Assembly (NCBI GenBank): GCA_964390625.1
Contig: CAYMID010000005.1
Coordinates: 1 to 38,223 of the forward strand
Reading direction: 5' to 3'
DNA from: an uncultured Gammaproteobacteria bacterium
Lineage (GTDB): Bacteria > Patescibacteriota > Patescibacteriia > Magasanikbacterales > UBA922
Length of the DNA stretch: 38,223 bases
Position 1 is the stretch's first letter. Each line of letters begins with the position of its first letter. The translations under genes were made by a program, and so were the position numbers. Below, piece after piece: positions 7,639 through 19,044 of this stretch. The notes below the pieces were generated by a model. The model worked only from the letters and a program-made list of their open reading frames with translations, made no database searches and was not told the origin of the DNA.

Positions 7639-8423
7639 CTGAAATTCATATTCCAACTTTGGCCCCAGAAGCCTTGGCTCATGCTGGTGGTCTAACCATT
7701 ACCAACACCATGGTTAACGCTTGGTTAGCCATAATTATTTTTTTAGTGATTGGCGTTACCGTTACGCGCCGTGTGCGTTTGCGTCCATCGCGCTGGCAAT
7801 TGGCTTTTGAAACTGGTATCGAAACTCTGTGGGGATATTTTGATCAGGTAACTGGTGACCGTGCCAAGACACAACGTTTTTTTCCGTTAGTTGGCTCAGT
7901 TTTCTTTTTTATCTTACTGTCTAACTGGCTTGGTTTGTTGCCAGGTACTGGTAGTATTACCGTTGGTCATACCATGTTACTCCGTCCAGCTAATACTGAC
8001 TTGAATTTGACCTTGGCTATGGCCCTGGTCTCAGTAATTGGCTCGCACGTAATGGCGTTTGGAGCGATTGGCGTATTTACACATCTTGGTAAATTTGTAC
8101 AAATTAAAAACGTTTTTAGGGCAATAACTAAAGGTCCAATGGCTCTATTTCAGGCCTTAATTGAATTTGCGGTTGGATTATTAGAAATTGTTAGCGAGGG
8201 TTCAAAAATTCTGTCGTTGTCATTACGTTTGTTCGGTAATATTTTTGCTGGCGAAGTTCTCATTTCAGTAATTTCTGCTTTGGTGTCAGCGTTAGTGCCA
8301 ACACCATTTATGCTACTAGAAATTTTGGTTGGTTTGATTCAGGCTGCGGTGTTCGCAATGCTTACCTTGGTGTATTTAACCACCGCTAGCGAAGCACCAC
8401 ATGGTGCCGAAGAGCATCATTAA
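7635..8423 (+). CDS. atpB: F-type ATP synthase Fo subunit a
   Basis: 'LSLSLRLFGNIFAGEVL' carries the conserved Arg. The protein is polytopic and sits in the expected operon position. Confidence 0.95.
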   Translation: MTEIHIPTLAPEALAHAGGLTITNTMVNAWLAIIIFLVIGVTVTRRVRLRPSRWQLAFETGIETLWGYFDQVTGDRAKTQRFFPLVGSVFFFILLSNWLGLLPGTGSITVGHTMLLRPANTDLNLTLAMALVSVIGSHVMAFGAIGVFTHLGKFVQIKNVFRAITKGPMALFQALIEFAVGLLEIVSEGSKILSLSLRLFGNIFAGEVLISVISALVSALVPTPFMLLEILVGLIQAAVFAMLTLVYLTTASEAPHGAEEHH

Positions 8424-8437
8424 TTGTCTGCTGTTAG

Positions 8438-8766
<329 letters not shown>

Positions 8767-8829
8767 AGCGATTTCCCTTGTCCTGCGGGGCAGGGGAGCT
8801 TGGCTTTATTTGCCACTTAATTATTCTGT

Positions 8830-9384
8830 ATGAGTGAAGAAACTGTAAACACTGAGGTTGGACACGAAACCAATACCGATGGTGGAGTGGCCGCGAGTTT
8901 GGGCTTAAACGCTCAATTGTTTGGTTTTCAATTGCTTAACTTTGCGGTGGTTGGTTTGATTGTCTGGTTTTTGATCCTTAAACCACTGACCAAAAAAATG
9001 GCTGAACGTCAGCAAATTATTAATGAGAGCTTAAATAAAGCTGAAACAATAGAAGCCAATTTTTTACTGGCTGACCAAAAAGCGCGGGAAATTTTAGATG
9101 ACGCCAAGGTACAATCAAATCAGATTATAGCTATTGCAACCAGTGAGGCCAAAGCACAAGCTGATAAACTGAAAAACGAAGCAAAACTAGAGATCGATGA
9201 ATTGGTGGTCAAAGCCAAACAACAAATTAAAGACGAAAAACAATTAGCTAAGGCTGAATTGCAACGCGAAATGGGCGCCATGGTAGCTGCTGCGGTAACC
9301 AAAGTTTTGGGAGCCAGCGTTGATGCAAAAATTGACGAAAAAGTAATTACCAGTACTATTAAAGATCTTTCGGCTCAGGAATAA
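8830..9384 (+). CDS. atpF: F-type ATP synthase Fo subunit b
   Basis: A single N-terminal TM helix followed by a long charged coiled-coil (A/K/E/Q rich), in the expected operon position. Confidence 0.85.
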   Translation: MSEETVNTEVGHETNTDGGVAASLGLNAQLFGFQLLNFAVVGLIVWFLILKPLTKKMAERQQIINESLNKAETIEANFLLADQKAREILDDAKVQSNQIIAIATSEAKAQADKLKNEAKLEIDELVVKAKQQIKDEKQLAKAELQREMGAMVAAAVTKVLGASVDAKIDEKVITSTIKDLSAQE

Positions 9385-9385
9385 T

Positions 9386-9781
9386 ATGCCTAAATTATTA
9401 CCACGGCATTATGCCAAGATCCTGTACGAAGTGACCAAAAACTTACAAGGAGCCGAACTGGACCAGGCCGTGCAAAATTTCTTGCAGATGGTTAAGGATA
9501 GACATGCGTTTAAAAAGATGCCTTTGATCCTTAAAGAATTTGCCGAATACGCTGATGAAAAATCTGGGGTGGTGCGCCTAGAAATCACCAGTGCACGTGA
9601 ATTAGAGGCAGACTTGGTTAGTAGCGTTGCGACCGCTTTTAGTCCCAAGGCTAAGGCTACGACCATGGTGAATCCAGAGCTAATTGGTGGAGTCGTGATT
9701 CGTACAAGACAAGCAATTCTCGATGCTAGTCTACGCACACGAGTAGCCCAATTGGGTACGACACTGGCAGGTCACCATTAA
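9386..9781 (+). CDS. atpH: F-type ATP synthase F1 subunit delta (OSCP), short form
   Basis: C-terminal 'ELIGGVVIRTRQAILDASLRTRVAQL' is delta-like, and the gene sits between b and alpha. At 131 aa it is shorter than the usual ~175-180 aa. Confidence 0.75.
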   Translation: MPKLLPRHYAKILYEVTKNLQGAELDQAVQNFLQMVKDRHAFKKMPLILKEFAEYADEKSGVVRLEITSARELEADLVSSVATAFSPKAKATTMVNPELIGGVVIRTRQAILDASLRTRVAQLGTTLAGHH

Positions 9782-9804
9782 TCCCTCCTGAATAATTATA
9801 TTGT

Positions 9805-11295
9805 ATGTCATACACTGATCAAATCATTGCTTCGCTCAAGAAAAATCTTGATTCTTTTTCGCCATCGGTGCAGGTTGACGAAATCGGTACTGTAGTTGAA
9901 GTTGGCGACGGTATTGCTCGTTTGTCTGGTTTGGAAAATTGTCAGGCCCAAGAAATGCTTGAATTTGCTGGTGGAATTACCGGTGTAGCCTTGAACTTGG
10001 AAGAAGAAACGGTCGGTGCAATTATTTTGGGTGATTACAAAAAGATTAAAGAAGGTGACATGGTCAAGCGAACTGGACGCATTATGTCGATTCCGGTTGG
10101 CGAAGGTTTAATTGGTCGTGTGGTAAATTCACTGGGTGAATCCATTGATGGTAAGGGGGCAATTAAAACAGACAAGATTTACCCAATCGAACGCGTGGCC
10201 CCTGGCGTCATGACTCGCGAACCAGTTAATCGCCCGATGCAGACTGGTATCAAAGCGATTGACGCGTTAATTCCAGTGGGTCGTGGTCAGCGTGAATTGA
10301 TTATTGGTGACCGTCAAACTGGTAAAACCGCGGTAGCGATCGATGCGATTTTGAACCAGAAAGGTCAAAACATGATTTGTGTGTACGTGGCCGTTGGTCA
10401 AAAGGAATCCAAGGTTGCTCGTGTGGTGGCCAAATTGCGCGAAGCTGGAGCCATGGATTACACCGTGGTGGTTTCGGCTGGTGCTTCTGAACCAGCTCCA
10501 ATGTCATACTTGGCGCCATATTCTGGTGTGACAATTGCCGAATATTTTGCCGACAAGGGCAAAGATGTGCTGATCATTTATGATGATTTAACCAAACAAG
10601 CGTGGGCATACCGCGAAATGTCACTGCTCTTGCGCCGCCCACCAGGACGTGAAGCTTATCCGGGTGATGTGTTTTATCTGCACTCTCGTTTACTTGAACG
10701 TGCTTGCAACTTAAACAAGGAACACGGCGGCGGTTCGATTACTGCGTTACCAATTATCGAAACCCAGGCTGGTGATATTTCGGCCTACATTCCAACCAAC
10801 GTAATCTCGATTACTGATGGTCAAATTTTCTTGGAAACAGATTTGTTCTACCGCGGTATTCGCCCAGCGCTCAACGTGGGTTTGTCGGTGTCGCGTGTGG
10901 GTGGTTCGGCCCAAACCAAGCCAATGAAAAAAGTAGCCGGTAGTATGAAATTGGCTTTGGCCCAGTTCCGTGAACTCGAAGCGTTTGCACAATTTTCGAG
11001 TGATTTAGATGCTGACACCAAAAAGCAAATTGAACGCGGTCGTCGTTTGACTGAATTACTTAAACAGCCACAGTTTAGCCCAATGCCGGTCGCGGTACAG
11101 GTGGCGGTGATTTATGCAGCTAACAACGGCTTCTTTGATGGTGTTGCGGTCACTGACATTCAGACCAAACAAACCGATTGGGTTGAATTTTTGACCAGTA
11201 CCAAGGGCGCCTTGCTCGACAAGATTAGTGGTGGCGACTGGAGTGCCGAAACCGAAGCAGAACTTAAAGAAGCGGCTGCTCAATTCTTTGCCTAA
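9805..11295 (+). CDS. atpA: F-type ATP synthase F1 subunit alpha
   Basis: Walker A 'GDRQTGKTA', plus '[31 protein letters not shown]'. Confidence 0.97.
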   Translation: MSYTDQIIASLKKNLDSFSPSVQVDEIGTVVEVGDGIARLSGLENCQAQEMLEFAGGITGVALNLEEETVGAIILGDYKKIKEGDMVKRTGRIMSIPVGEGLIGRVVNSLGESIDGKGAIKTDKIYPIERVAPGVMTREPVNRPMQTGIKAIDALIPVGRGQRELIIGDRQTGKTAVAIDAILNQKGQNMICVYVAVGQKESKVARVVAKLREAGAMDYTVVVSAGASEPAPMSYLAPYSGVTIAEYFADKGKDVLIIYDDLTKQAWAYREMSLLLRRPPGREAYPGDVFYLHSRLLERACNLNKEHGGGSITALPIIETQAGDISAYIPTNVISITDGQIFLETDLFYRGIRPALNVGLSVSRVGGSAQTKPMKKVAGSMKLALAQFRELEAFAQFSSDLDADTKKQIERGRRLTELLKQPQFSPMPVAVQVAVIYAANNGFFDGVAVTDIQTKQTDWVEFLTSTKGALLDKISGGDWSAETEAELKEAAAQFFA

Positions 11296-11296
11296 T

Positions 11297-13628
<2,332 letters not shown>

Positions 13629-13643
13629 TTTAGGTAACGCCGT

Positions 13644-14063
13644 ATGTCTTTAACTCTCAAAATCGTCAGCCCTGATGGTGTCACTTATGACAGTACGGCC
13701 GATTCGGTTAGTTTACCGACCGTGACGGGCGAGATTACCATCTTGCCGCACCACGTGCCGTTGGTGACTGTTCTCAAGGCCGGCGAGGTACGTGTCAAAG
13801 CACAGGAACAAGAATTTTTCCTCTCAGTATCGAGTGGAGTAGTTGAGATTCGTCCTAACAGTGTGGTGTATGTTTTGGCCGAAACTTCCGAGCGAGCCGA
13901 ACATATAGATTTGGCCAGAGCTGAGGCTGCTCGCGCTCGTGCGGCTGAATTAATGCAAACGCAGGAGCGTTTGGATGATGAAGATTTTGCTCGTCTCACG
14001 GCCAGTTTGGAAAAGGAATTGGTTCGACTGCGTGTTGGTAGCAAGTATCGCAAGACATTATAA
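13644..14063 (+). CDS. atpC: F-type ATP synthase F1 subunit epsilon
   Basis: 'LKIVSPDG...LPTVTGEITILPHHVPLVTVLKAGEVRV' beta-sandwich followed by a helical C-terminus. It is the last gene of the operon. Confidence 0.9.
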   Translation: MSLTLKIVSPDGVTYDSTADSVSLPTVTGEITILPHHVPLVTVLKAGEVRVKAQEQEFFLSVSSGVVEIRPNSVVYVLAETSERAEHIDLARAEAARARAAELMQTQERLDDEDFARLTASLEKELVRLRVGSKYRKTL

Positions 14064-14065
14064 AT

Positions 14066-14093
14066 AAAGCCCCGGTTTACCGGGGTTTTATTA
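14066..14093 (+). terminator. Rho-independent terminator of the atp operon
   Basis: aaagccccgg-ttta-ccggggtttta-tta. Confidence 0.75.
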
Positions 14094-14098
14094 TCTGA

Positions 14099-14127
14099 TT
14101 GACAAAAAATCCGTCACGGAGTATAAT
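14099..14127 (+). promoter_or_regulatory. Consensus sigma70 promoter TTGACA-N17-TATAAT
   Basis: The hexamers are at 14099-14104 and 14122-14127, and both match the consensus perfectly. Confidence 0.75.
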
Positions 14128-14166
14128 GGCGGCCCAACCTAATTTTTAGTATATATATCGAGTATT

Positions 14167-14289
14167 ATGCGCTGCAATATGTGCGACACTACGATTCCTG
14201 AAGATATTCAATGCCCGGATTGCTCCCGGTGCGAGTCTTGTTGCAAAGGCCATAGTTCGATGGGCGGGGATAGCGATGACATGTATTAA
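14167..14289 (+). CDS. Cys-rich 40-aa micro-ORF (zinc-ribbon-like small protein or regulatory leader peptide)
   Basis: Hand translation gives MRCNMCDTTIPEDIQCPDCSRCESCCKGHSSMGGDSDDMY*. It has 7 Cys in the pattern CxxC-x9-CxxCxxCxxCC. It lies between a consensus promoter and an intrinsic terminator, has no clear SD, and is below the ORF-track length cutoff. Confidence 0.5.
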   Translation: MRCNMCDTTIPEDIQCPDCSRCESCCKGHSSMGGDSDDMY

Positions 14290-14317
14290 TCCCTGGTTCT
14301 AGACTTGTTTTGCGTAG

Positions 14318-14349
14318 ACCTGCACTGTGGTGGTGCAGGTTTTTATTTT
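14318..14349 (+). terminator. Intrinsic terminator / possible attenuator immediately upstream of the ABC exporter start
   Basis: acctgcac-tgtggtg-gtgcaggt followed by ttttatttt. It ends 7 nt before ATG 14356. Confidence 0.7.
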
Positions 14350-14355
14350 ACGCCT

Positions 14356-16125
14356 ATGAAACATCAGATTAGACAAACTCTAAAAATTTACGCCCGTTTT
14401 TCTTGGGCCTACCCAGGTGCGTTGTTTGGTTTAATCGCAGCCGTAATTACGGGGCAGGTTTTGAGTTTGTCTGCGCCGTTACAATACAAAAGGTTTTTTG
14501 ACGCTTTATCAGGAACTGGCACTGCGACCTACGCGCAGTTAGTGCATGTGTTGTGGGTCATTGTCGCGATATATGCGACAGAATGGGTGGTGCGTCGGCT
14601 ATTGGGCGAAGCAGGAAATCGTTTCCAAACCCGGGTCTCTAAGGATTTGTATGTCGCTTGCTTTGCGTATCTACACAAACATTCATTTGCGTATTTTAAT
14701 AATAATTTTGTCGGCGGTTTGGTTAAACGGGTGAATCGATTTGTTAATGCCTTCGAACGTGTTTCTGACCGTTTGTTTTGGAATTTATTACCACTCGTGG
14801 TAAATGTAATCATGATTTTGGTAATTTTGAGCATTAAATCTGTGTGGCTAGGACTGGTAGTGTTAGTGTGGGTAGTCTTATTTGCAGGGATAAATTTGGC
14901 GTTAACCAAATATAAAATGCCGCACGATTTGGCCCGCAGTGAGGCCGAGACCAAGGCTAATGGTTTGCTGGCTGACTCAATTACTAATCATAGTAATGTT
15001 AAATTGTTCAACGGGTATGAACGCGAGCTAGCGAATTTTGCGGCCGCAAACGAAGAAGTGCGTCGTCGTCGTAAATTTGCGCTTGACCTTGATGCATGGT
15101 TTGAGGTGATTCAAACATTTTTTACCTACGCTTTGGAAATTGGGGTACTCTACTTGGCCATTCATTTGTGGCAAAAAGGTAAACTGACGCTGGGTGATTT
15201 TGTGATGATCCAATCATACTTGTTGACTTTATTCTGGCGTATTTGGGATTTTGGGCGCATGATTCGGCACACGTTTGAAGATTTGGCCGATGCCAACGAA
15301 ATGACCGAAGTCTTTAATACTCCGCACGAAATTACTGACACCGCCGGCGCCGTGCCGTTAGTGGTTCGGAGTGGTGAAGTTGTGTTTAACAATGTGTCGT
15401 TTAATTATCATAAAACACGGCCAATTTTGACGAACTTTAGTTTAACGATTGCAGCAGGCGAGCGTGTGGCCTTTGTGGGGCCATCGGGTGCGGGCAAATC
15501 AACCGTGGTTAAATTGCTCTTGCGCCAACATGATATTACTGCCGGCAAAATTAAAATTGATGGCCAAGAAATTCGCAAAGTGACTCAGGAGAGTCTCTGG
15601 CAAGCGGTTAGCTACGTGCCTCAGGAACCAATTTTGTTTCATCGTTCATTGCTTGAAAATATTCGGTATGGTCGTCCCGAGGCGACTGATGAACAAGTAA
15701 TTGAAGCGGCTAAACGCGCTCGCTGTCACGAGTTTATTAGCGAGTTGCCAGACAAGTATCAGACATTTGTGGGTGAACGAGGTGTCAAGTTGTCGGGTGG
15801 CGAGCGTCAGCGGGTGGCAATTGCGCGGGCAATTTTGCGCAACGCCCCAATTTTGGTTTTGGACGAGGCAACCTCGAGCCTTGATTCTGAATCCGAACAT
15901 TTGATTCAAGAGGCTTTGAACGAATTAATGAATGGCAAGACTGTGATTGTGATTGCGCATCGTTTGTCCACGATTATGAGCATGGATCGGATTATTGTGG
16001 TTGAACACGGGACGATTCGTGAATCAGGTACACACACCGAATTACTAGCCCAAAACGGTTTGTATCGAGAGCTGTGGTCAATTCAGGCCGGTGGGTTTTT
16101 ATTTGATAGTCAAATCGATAATTGA
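14356..16125 (+). CDS. ABC exporter, fused permease + ATPase (type I exporter, MsbA/CydDC-like half-transporter)
   Basis: A 6-TM N-terminal domain, Walker A 'GPSGAGKST', signature 'LSGGERQRVAIARA' and Walker B 'ILVLDEATS'. ATG 14356 was chosen because the ORF-track extension (14305-14355) is the terminator hairpin. Confidence 0.9.
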   Translation: MKHQIRQTLKIYARFSWAYPGALFGLIAAVITGQVLSLSAPLQYKRFFDALSGTGTATYAQLVHVLWVIVAIYATEWVVRRLLGEAGNRFQTRVSKDLYVACFAYLHKHSFAYFNNNFVGGLVKRVNRFVNAFERVSDRLFWNLLPLVVNVIMILVILSIKSVWLGLVVLVWVVLFAGINLALTKYKMPHDLARSEAETKANGLLADSITNHSNVKLFNGYERELANFAAANEEVRRRRKFALDLDAWFEVIQTFFTYALEIGVLYLAIHLWQKGKLTLGDFVMIQSYLLTLFWRIWDFGRMIRHTFEDLADANEMTEVFNTPHEITDTAGAVPLVVRSGEVVFNNVSFNYHKTRPILTNFSLTIAAGERVAFVGPSGAGKSTVVKLLLRQHDITAGKIKIDGQEIRKVTQESLWQAVSYVPQEPILFHRSLLENIRYGRPEATDEQVIEAAKRARCHEFISELPDKYQTFVGERGVKLSGGERQRVAIARAILRNAPILVLDEATSSLDSESEHLIQEALNELMNGKTVIVIAHRLSTIMSMDRIIVVEHGTIRESGTHTELLAQNGLYRELWSIQAGGFLFDSQIDN

Positions 16126-16150
16126 CAAAAAACCAAAAATCCGCTACAAT
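16122..16150 (+). promoter_or_regulatory. Sigma70 promoter TTGACA-N17-TACAAT (typA)
   Basis: The hexamers are at 16122-16127 and 16145-16150. The promoter overlaps the stop codon of the ABC gene. Confidence 0.65.
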
Positions 16151-16171
16151 AGGGCAAATTTTTACCCCCTT

Positions 16172-17962
16172 ATGGAAATCCGAAATATCGCTATTATTGC
16201 GCACGTAGACCATGGCAAGACCACCTTGACCGATGCGATCATGCGCCAGACCGGTATGGTTAGTGAAGAGTCGCAGGCTTCGATGGACTCTAATGCACTC
16301 GAACGCGAGCGTGGCATTACTATTTACTCCAAAAACGCTAGTGTCATGTACAAGGACACTAAGATTAATATCGTGGACACTCCGGGCCACGCTGACTTTG
16401 GTTCCGAGGTTGAACGCGTACTCCGTTCAATTGACTGTGTGTTGTTGATCGTGGATGCCCAAGAAGGTCCAATGCCGCAAACGAAATTCGTGCTCAAAAA
16501 GTCGCTCGAACTTGGTCTTAAGCCAATTGTAGTGCTCAATAAAATTGATAAGCCAGCCGCAGACGTGAATCGCGCACATGACCAGGTACTCGAACTCTTC
16601 ATGGATCTGGGTGCCAACGATGCCCAACTCGACTTTACCACCGTGTACGCCATTGGTCGTCAGGGTGTGGCCAAACTCAAAATGGAAGACGAAGCCAAAG
16701 ACCTGACACCGCTTTTGGACACGGTTTTGAAACTCGTACCACCGGCCCCAAACAATGTTGAGGCGCCATTCCGCATGCAGCCATTTAACTTGGGCTATGA
16801 TAATTACGTTGGCCGCCTCGCTGTTGGTCGTGTGTATGAAGGTAGTATTAAAGTTGGTGACAAGGTCATTGTCAAAAAGCCGACTGGCGAAACACGCAAC
16901 AGTAGTATTACTAAGATCTTCACCTTCAAGGGCATGGAGCGAATCGAAGATACTCAGGCTAGTGCGGGTGACATTGCCATGATTGCCGGTGTCGCTGACA
17001 TCGATATTGGTGAAACGATTTGTGTGAATGCTGAGCAGGAACCATTGCCAGCGATCAAAGTTGATGAACCAACTATTTCGTTAAACTTCCTGGTTAACTC
17101 GTCACCATTTGCTGGTAAAGAAGGCAAGTTTGTGACCAACAGTCAGATTCGCGAGCGTCTGGAAAAAGAACTCGAAGTCAATGTGGGTTTAAAAATTGAT
17201 TTTTCGGCCGCTGATCACTACAAAGTGTATGGTCGTGGTGAATTGCATGTGGCAATTTTGCTCGAAAACATGCGCCGCGAAGGTTTTGAAATTCAAGTTT
17301 CGCAGCCACAAGTAATTATCAAAGACATTGATGGTGTTAAATCCGAACCATACGAAGAAGCTACTGTGGATGTGCCAGAAGCCTATGCTGGTACGGTGAT
17401 TGAAAAACTCGGTAAGCGTAAGGGCCGCATGATTGATATGCGTCAGGCTGATGGTCAGTCCCGCATGGTATTCGAGATTCCAACGCGTGGTCTGCTTGGG
17501 TATCGTGGTCAGTTTGTAATGGATACCCGTGGTGAGGGGATTTTGTGCAGTCGGGTATTGGAATTCCGTCCATACGCTGGTGAAATTGAAAAACGCGATG
17601 TTGGTTCCATGGTTTCCATGGAAACTGGCAAGGCCCTTGGTTACTCACTCTTTAACTTACAAGATCGTGGTACATTGTATATTCCGGCTAACACCGAAGT
17701 ATACGAAGGTATGGTTATTGGTAATGTGAGCAAAGGCCAAGACATGGTGGTAAACCCAATCAAGGGTAAGCAGTTGACCAACATGCGTGCCTCTGGGTCT
17801 GACGATGCCTTGTTGTTGATTCCACCAGTTGAATTAACCTTAGAGCGCGGCCTTGAAATTATGGCCGAAGATGAATACTTAGAAATTACCCCAAGCAGCG
17901 TTCGTTTGCGTAAGCAGATCTTGAAAGAATCCGAACGTGTGCGCGCTGGTCGCAAAGGTTAA
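16172..17962 (+). CDS. typA: Translational GTPase TypA/BipA
   Basis: 'IRNIAIIAHVDHGKTTLTD', 'NIVDTPGHADF', 'NKIDK' and the BipA-specific C-terminal region. Confidence 0.95.
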   Translation: MEIRNIAIIAHVDHGKTTLTDAIMRQTGMVSEESQASMDSNALERERGITIYSKNASVMYKDTKINIVDTPGHADFGSEVERVLRSIDCVLLIVDAQEGPMPQTKFVLKKSLELGLKPIVVLNKIDKPAADVNRAHDQVLELFMDLGANDAQLDFTTVYAIGRQGVAKLKMEDEAKDLTPLLDTVLKLVPPAPNNVEAPFRMQPFNLGYDNYVGRLAVGRVYEGSIKVGDKVIVKKPTGETRNSSITKIFTFKGMERIEDTQASAGDIAMIAGVADIDIGETICVNAEQEPLPAIKVDEPTISLNFLVNSSPFAGKEGKFVTNSQIRERLEKELEVNVGLKIDFSAADHYKVYGRGELHVAILLENMRREGFEIQVSQPQVIIKDIDGVKSEPYEEATVDVPEAYAGTVIEKLGKRKGRMIDMRQADGQSRMVFEIPTRGLLGYRGQFVMDTRGEGILCSRVLEFRPYAGEIEKRDVGSMVSMETGKALGYSLFNLQDRGTLYIPANTEVYEGMVIGNVSKGQDMVVNPIKGKQLTNMRASGSDDALLLIPPVELTLERGLEIMAEDEYLEITPSSVRLRKQILKESERVRAGRKG

Positions 17963-17963
17963 T

Positions 17964-18209
17964 ATGACGACTCTCCACGTTAGCAACATTGCATTTCAGG
18001 CTACTGCGGCCGACCTGGCTGATTTATTTGCAGTCATTGGTCCAGTTAAATCGACGCGCATTGTTACTGACGAGGAAACTGGCCATTCACGCGGCTTTGG
18101 ATTTGTGGAAATGAACGATGAAGTGGCGGCAGCTTTGGCCCTTGACCGTTTTAATGATTACGAGTGGTTTGGACAACAACTAACAGTTCGTCCGGCTCGA
18201 CCAGAATAA
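17964..18209 (+). CDS. RRM-type RNA-binding protein
   Basis: RNP2 'LHVSNI' and RNP1 'RGFGFVEM'. 81 aa, starting 1 nt after the typA stop. Confidence 0.85.
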   Translation: MTTLHVSNIAFQATAADLADLFAVIGPVKSTRIVTDEETGHSRGFGFVEMNDEVAAALALDRFNDYEWFGQQLTVRPARPE

Positions 18210-18215
18210 GAAGAT

Positions 18216-18247
18216 AAAAAAACTCCCGATTGTTCGGGAGTTTTTGT
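18216..18247. terminator. Bidirectional rho-independent terminator
   Basis: aaaaaaactcccga-ttgt-tcgggagttttt lies between the convergent RRM gene (+) and rpmA (-). Confidence 0.8.
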
Positions 18248-18255
18248 TTCTGGGC

Positions 18256-18540
18256 TTAGACCGCAGAAGGGATTACGTTCACGTAAGTGGTAAGCTTCAG
18301 TTTACCGTCAAAGCGAGTGCGCTTTTGGCGTTTAAACTGGGCTTTACCAGCTACAGTGGAGAAGAGGGTGTCGTCGCCACCTTTGAGAACATTCTTACCT
18401 GGGTGAATCGCGGTGCCGCGTTGGCGGACCAGGATGGTGCCGGGTTTAACAGTTTCGCCGTCGCCGACCTTCACGCCCAAATACTTAGGTTGTGAATCGC
18501 GGCCTAACCGGGTACTACTACCGGCTTTTTTATGTGCCAT
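18256..18540 (-). CDS. rpmA: 50S ribosomal protein L27
   Basis: '[40 protein letters not shown]'. The start was taken at the internal ATG (18540) that matches the universal MAHKK N-terminus. Confidence 0.95.
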   Translation of the reverse strand: MAHKKAGSSTRLGRDSQPKYLGVKVGDGETVKPGTILVRQRGTAIHPGKNVLKGGDDTLFSTVAGKAQFKRQKRTRFDGKLKLTTYVNVIPSAV

Positions 18541-18617
18541 AAGGCTGTAAAATGTTAGGAGCTCTGTAGATTTCCCCCTCCCTACCAAGAAGAGTACTGG
18601 TCTACAGCAATGGGCCC

Positions 18618-18646
18618 AGTATAGATGATGAAGCCGTGTTTGTCAA
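18618..18646 (-). promoter_or_regulatory. Promoter TTGACA-N17-TATACT for rpmA
   Basis: On the minus strand, TTGACA is at 18646-18641 and TATACT at 18623-18618. This gives a leader of about 70 nt that contains a ctgtaga...tctacag stem. Confidence 0.6.
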
Positions 18647-18668
18647 GGGTGGGGAATTACGGTATAAT
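18640..18668 (+). promoter_or_regulatory. Promoter TTGTCA-N17-TATAAT, face-to-face and overlapping with the rpmA promoter
   Basis: The -35 boxes of the two divergent promoters overlap (18640-18646). The -10 element ends 8 nt before ATG 18677. Confidence 0.6.
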
Positions 18669-18676
18669 TTGGGCAT

Positions 18677-19042
18677 ATGCGCTTTGAATGGTACCCAATA
18701 CGTCTATTATTTCGACAGCGAATGGTCCGAGTGTCACTAGCCTCGAGTACACTGATTAATTTGGGGGCGTGGATAGTGCTGTGGTTAGTGCCACGGCCAC
18801 CAGCTGGTGGCCAGGTTTTTTTGCATTACAACGTTATTTTTGGGATTGATAAGATTGGCACATACAGTGATTTGTTTGCTGCCCCGCTGTGGGGTGCGGT
18901 GATCCTCTTAGTTAATATGATCATTGCGTGGCTTATTCTGCCAAAAGCCGCGGCCATGGCTGAATTTTTGGTTTTGGCTACGGTATTTGTAGAACTCGGT
19001 ACCTTGCTGGCAGCAATTTTGCTTTACCTCATCAATACTTAA
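18677..19042 (+). CDS. Hypothetical integral membrane protein (3-4 TM)
   Basis: 121-aa hydrophobic ORF lying 2 nt upstream of ftsW. No family was recognised. Confidence 0.6.
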   Translation: MRFEWYPIRLLFRQRMVRVSLASSTLINLGAWIVLWLVPRPPAGGQVFLHYNVIFGIDKIGTYSDLFAAPLWGAVILLVNMIIAWLILPKAAAMAEFLVLATVFVELGTLLAAILLYLINT

Positions 19043-19044
19043 CT

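Noticed and set aside
14305-14355. The ORF-track N-terminal extension of the ABC transporter (MFCVDLHCGGAGFYFTP).
   Set aside because: The extension is simply the translated terminator hairpin plus T-run. ATG 14356 gives a normal ABC exporter N-terminus. The same logic was used to trim the ORF-track starts at 7303, 11228, 12204, 16091, 17937, 23646, 24793, 28165, 30558, 31585 and 37441.
18244-18495. An 83-aa plus-strand ORF.
   Set aside because: It is antisense to rpmA (L27), which is unambiguous.
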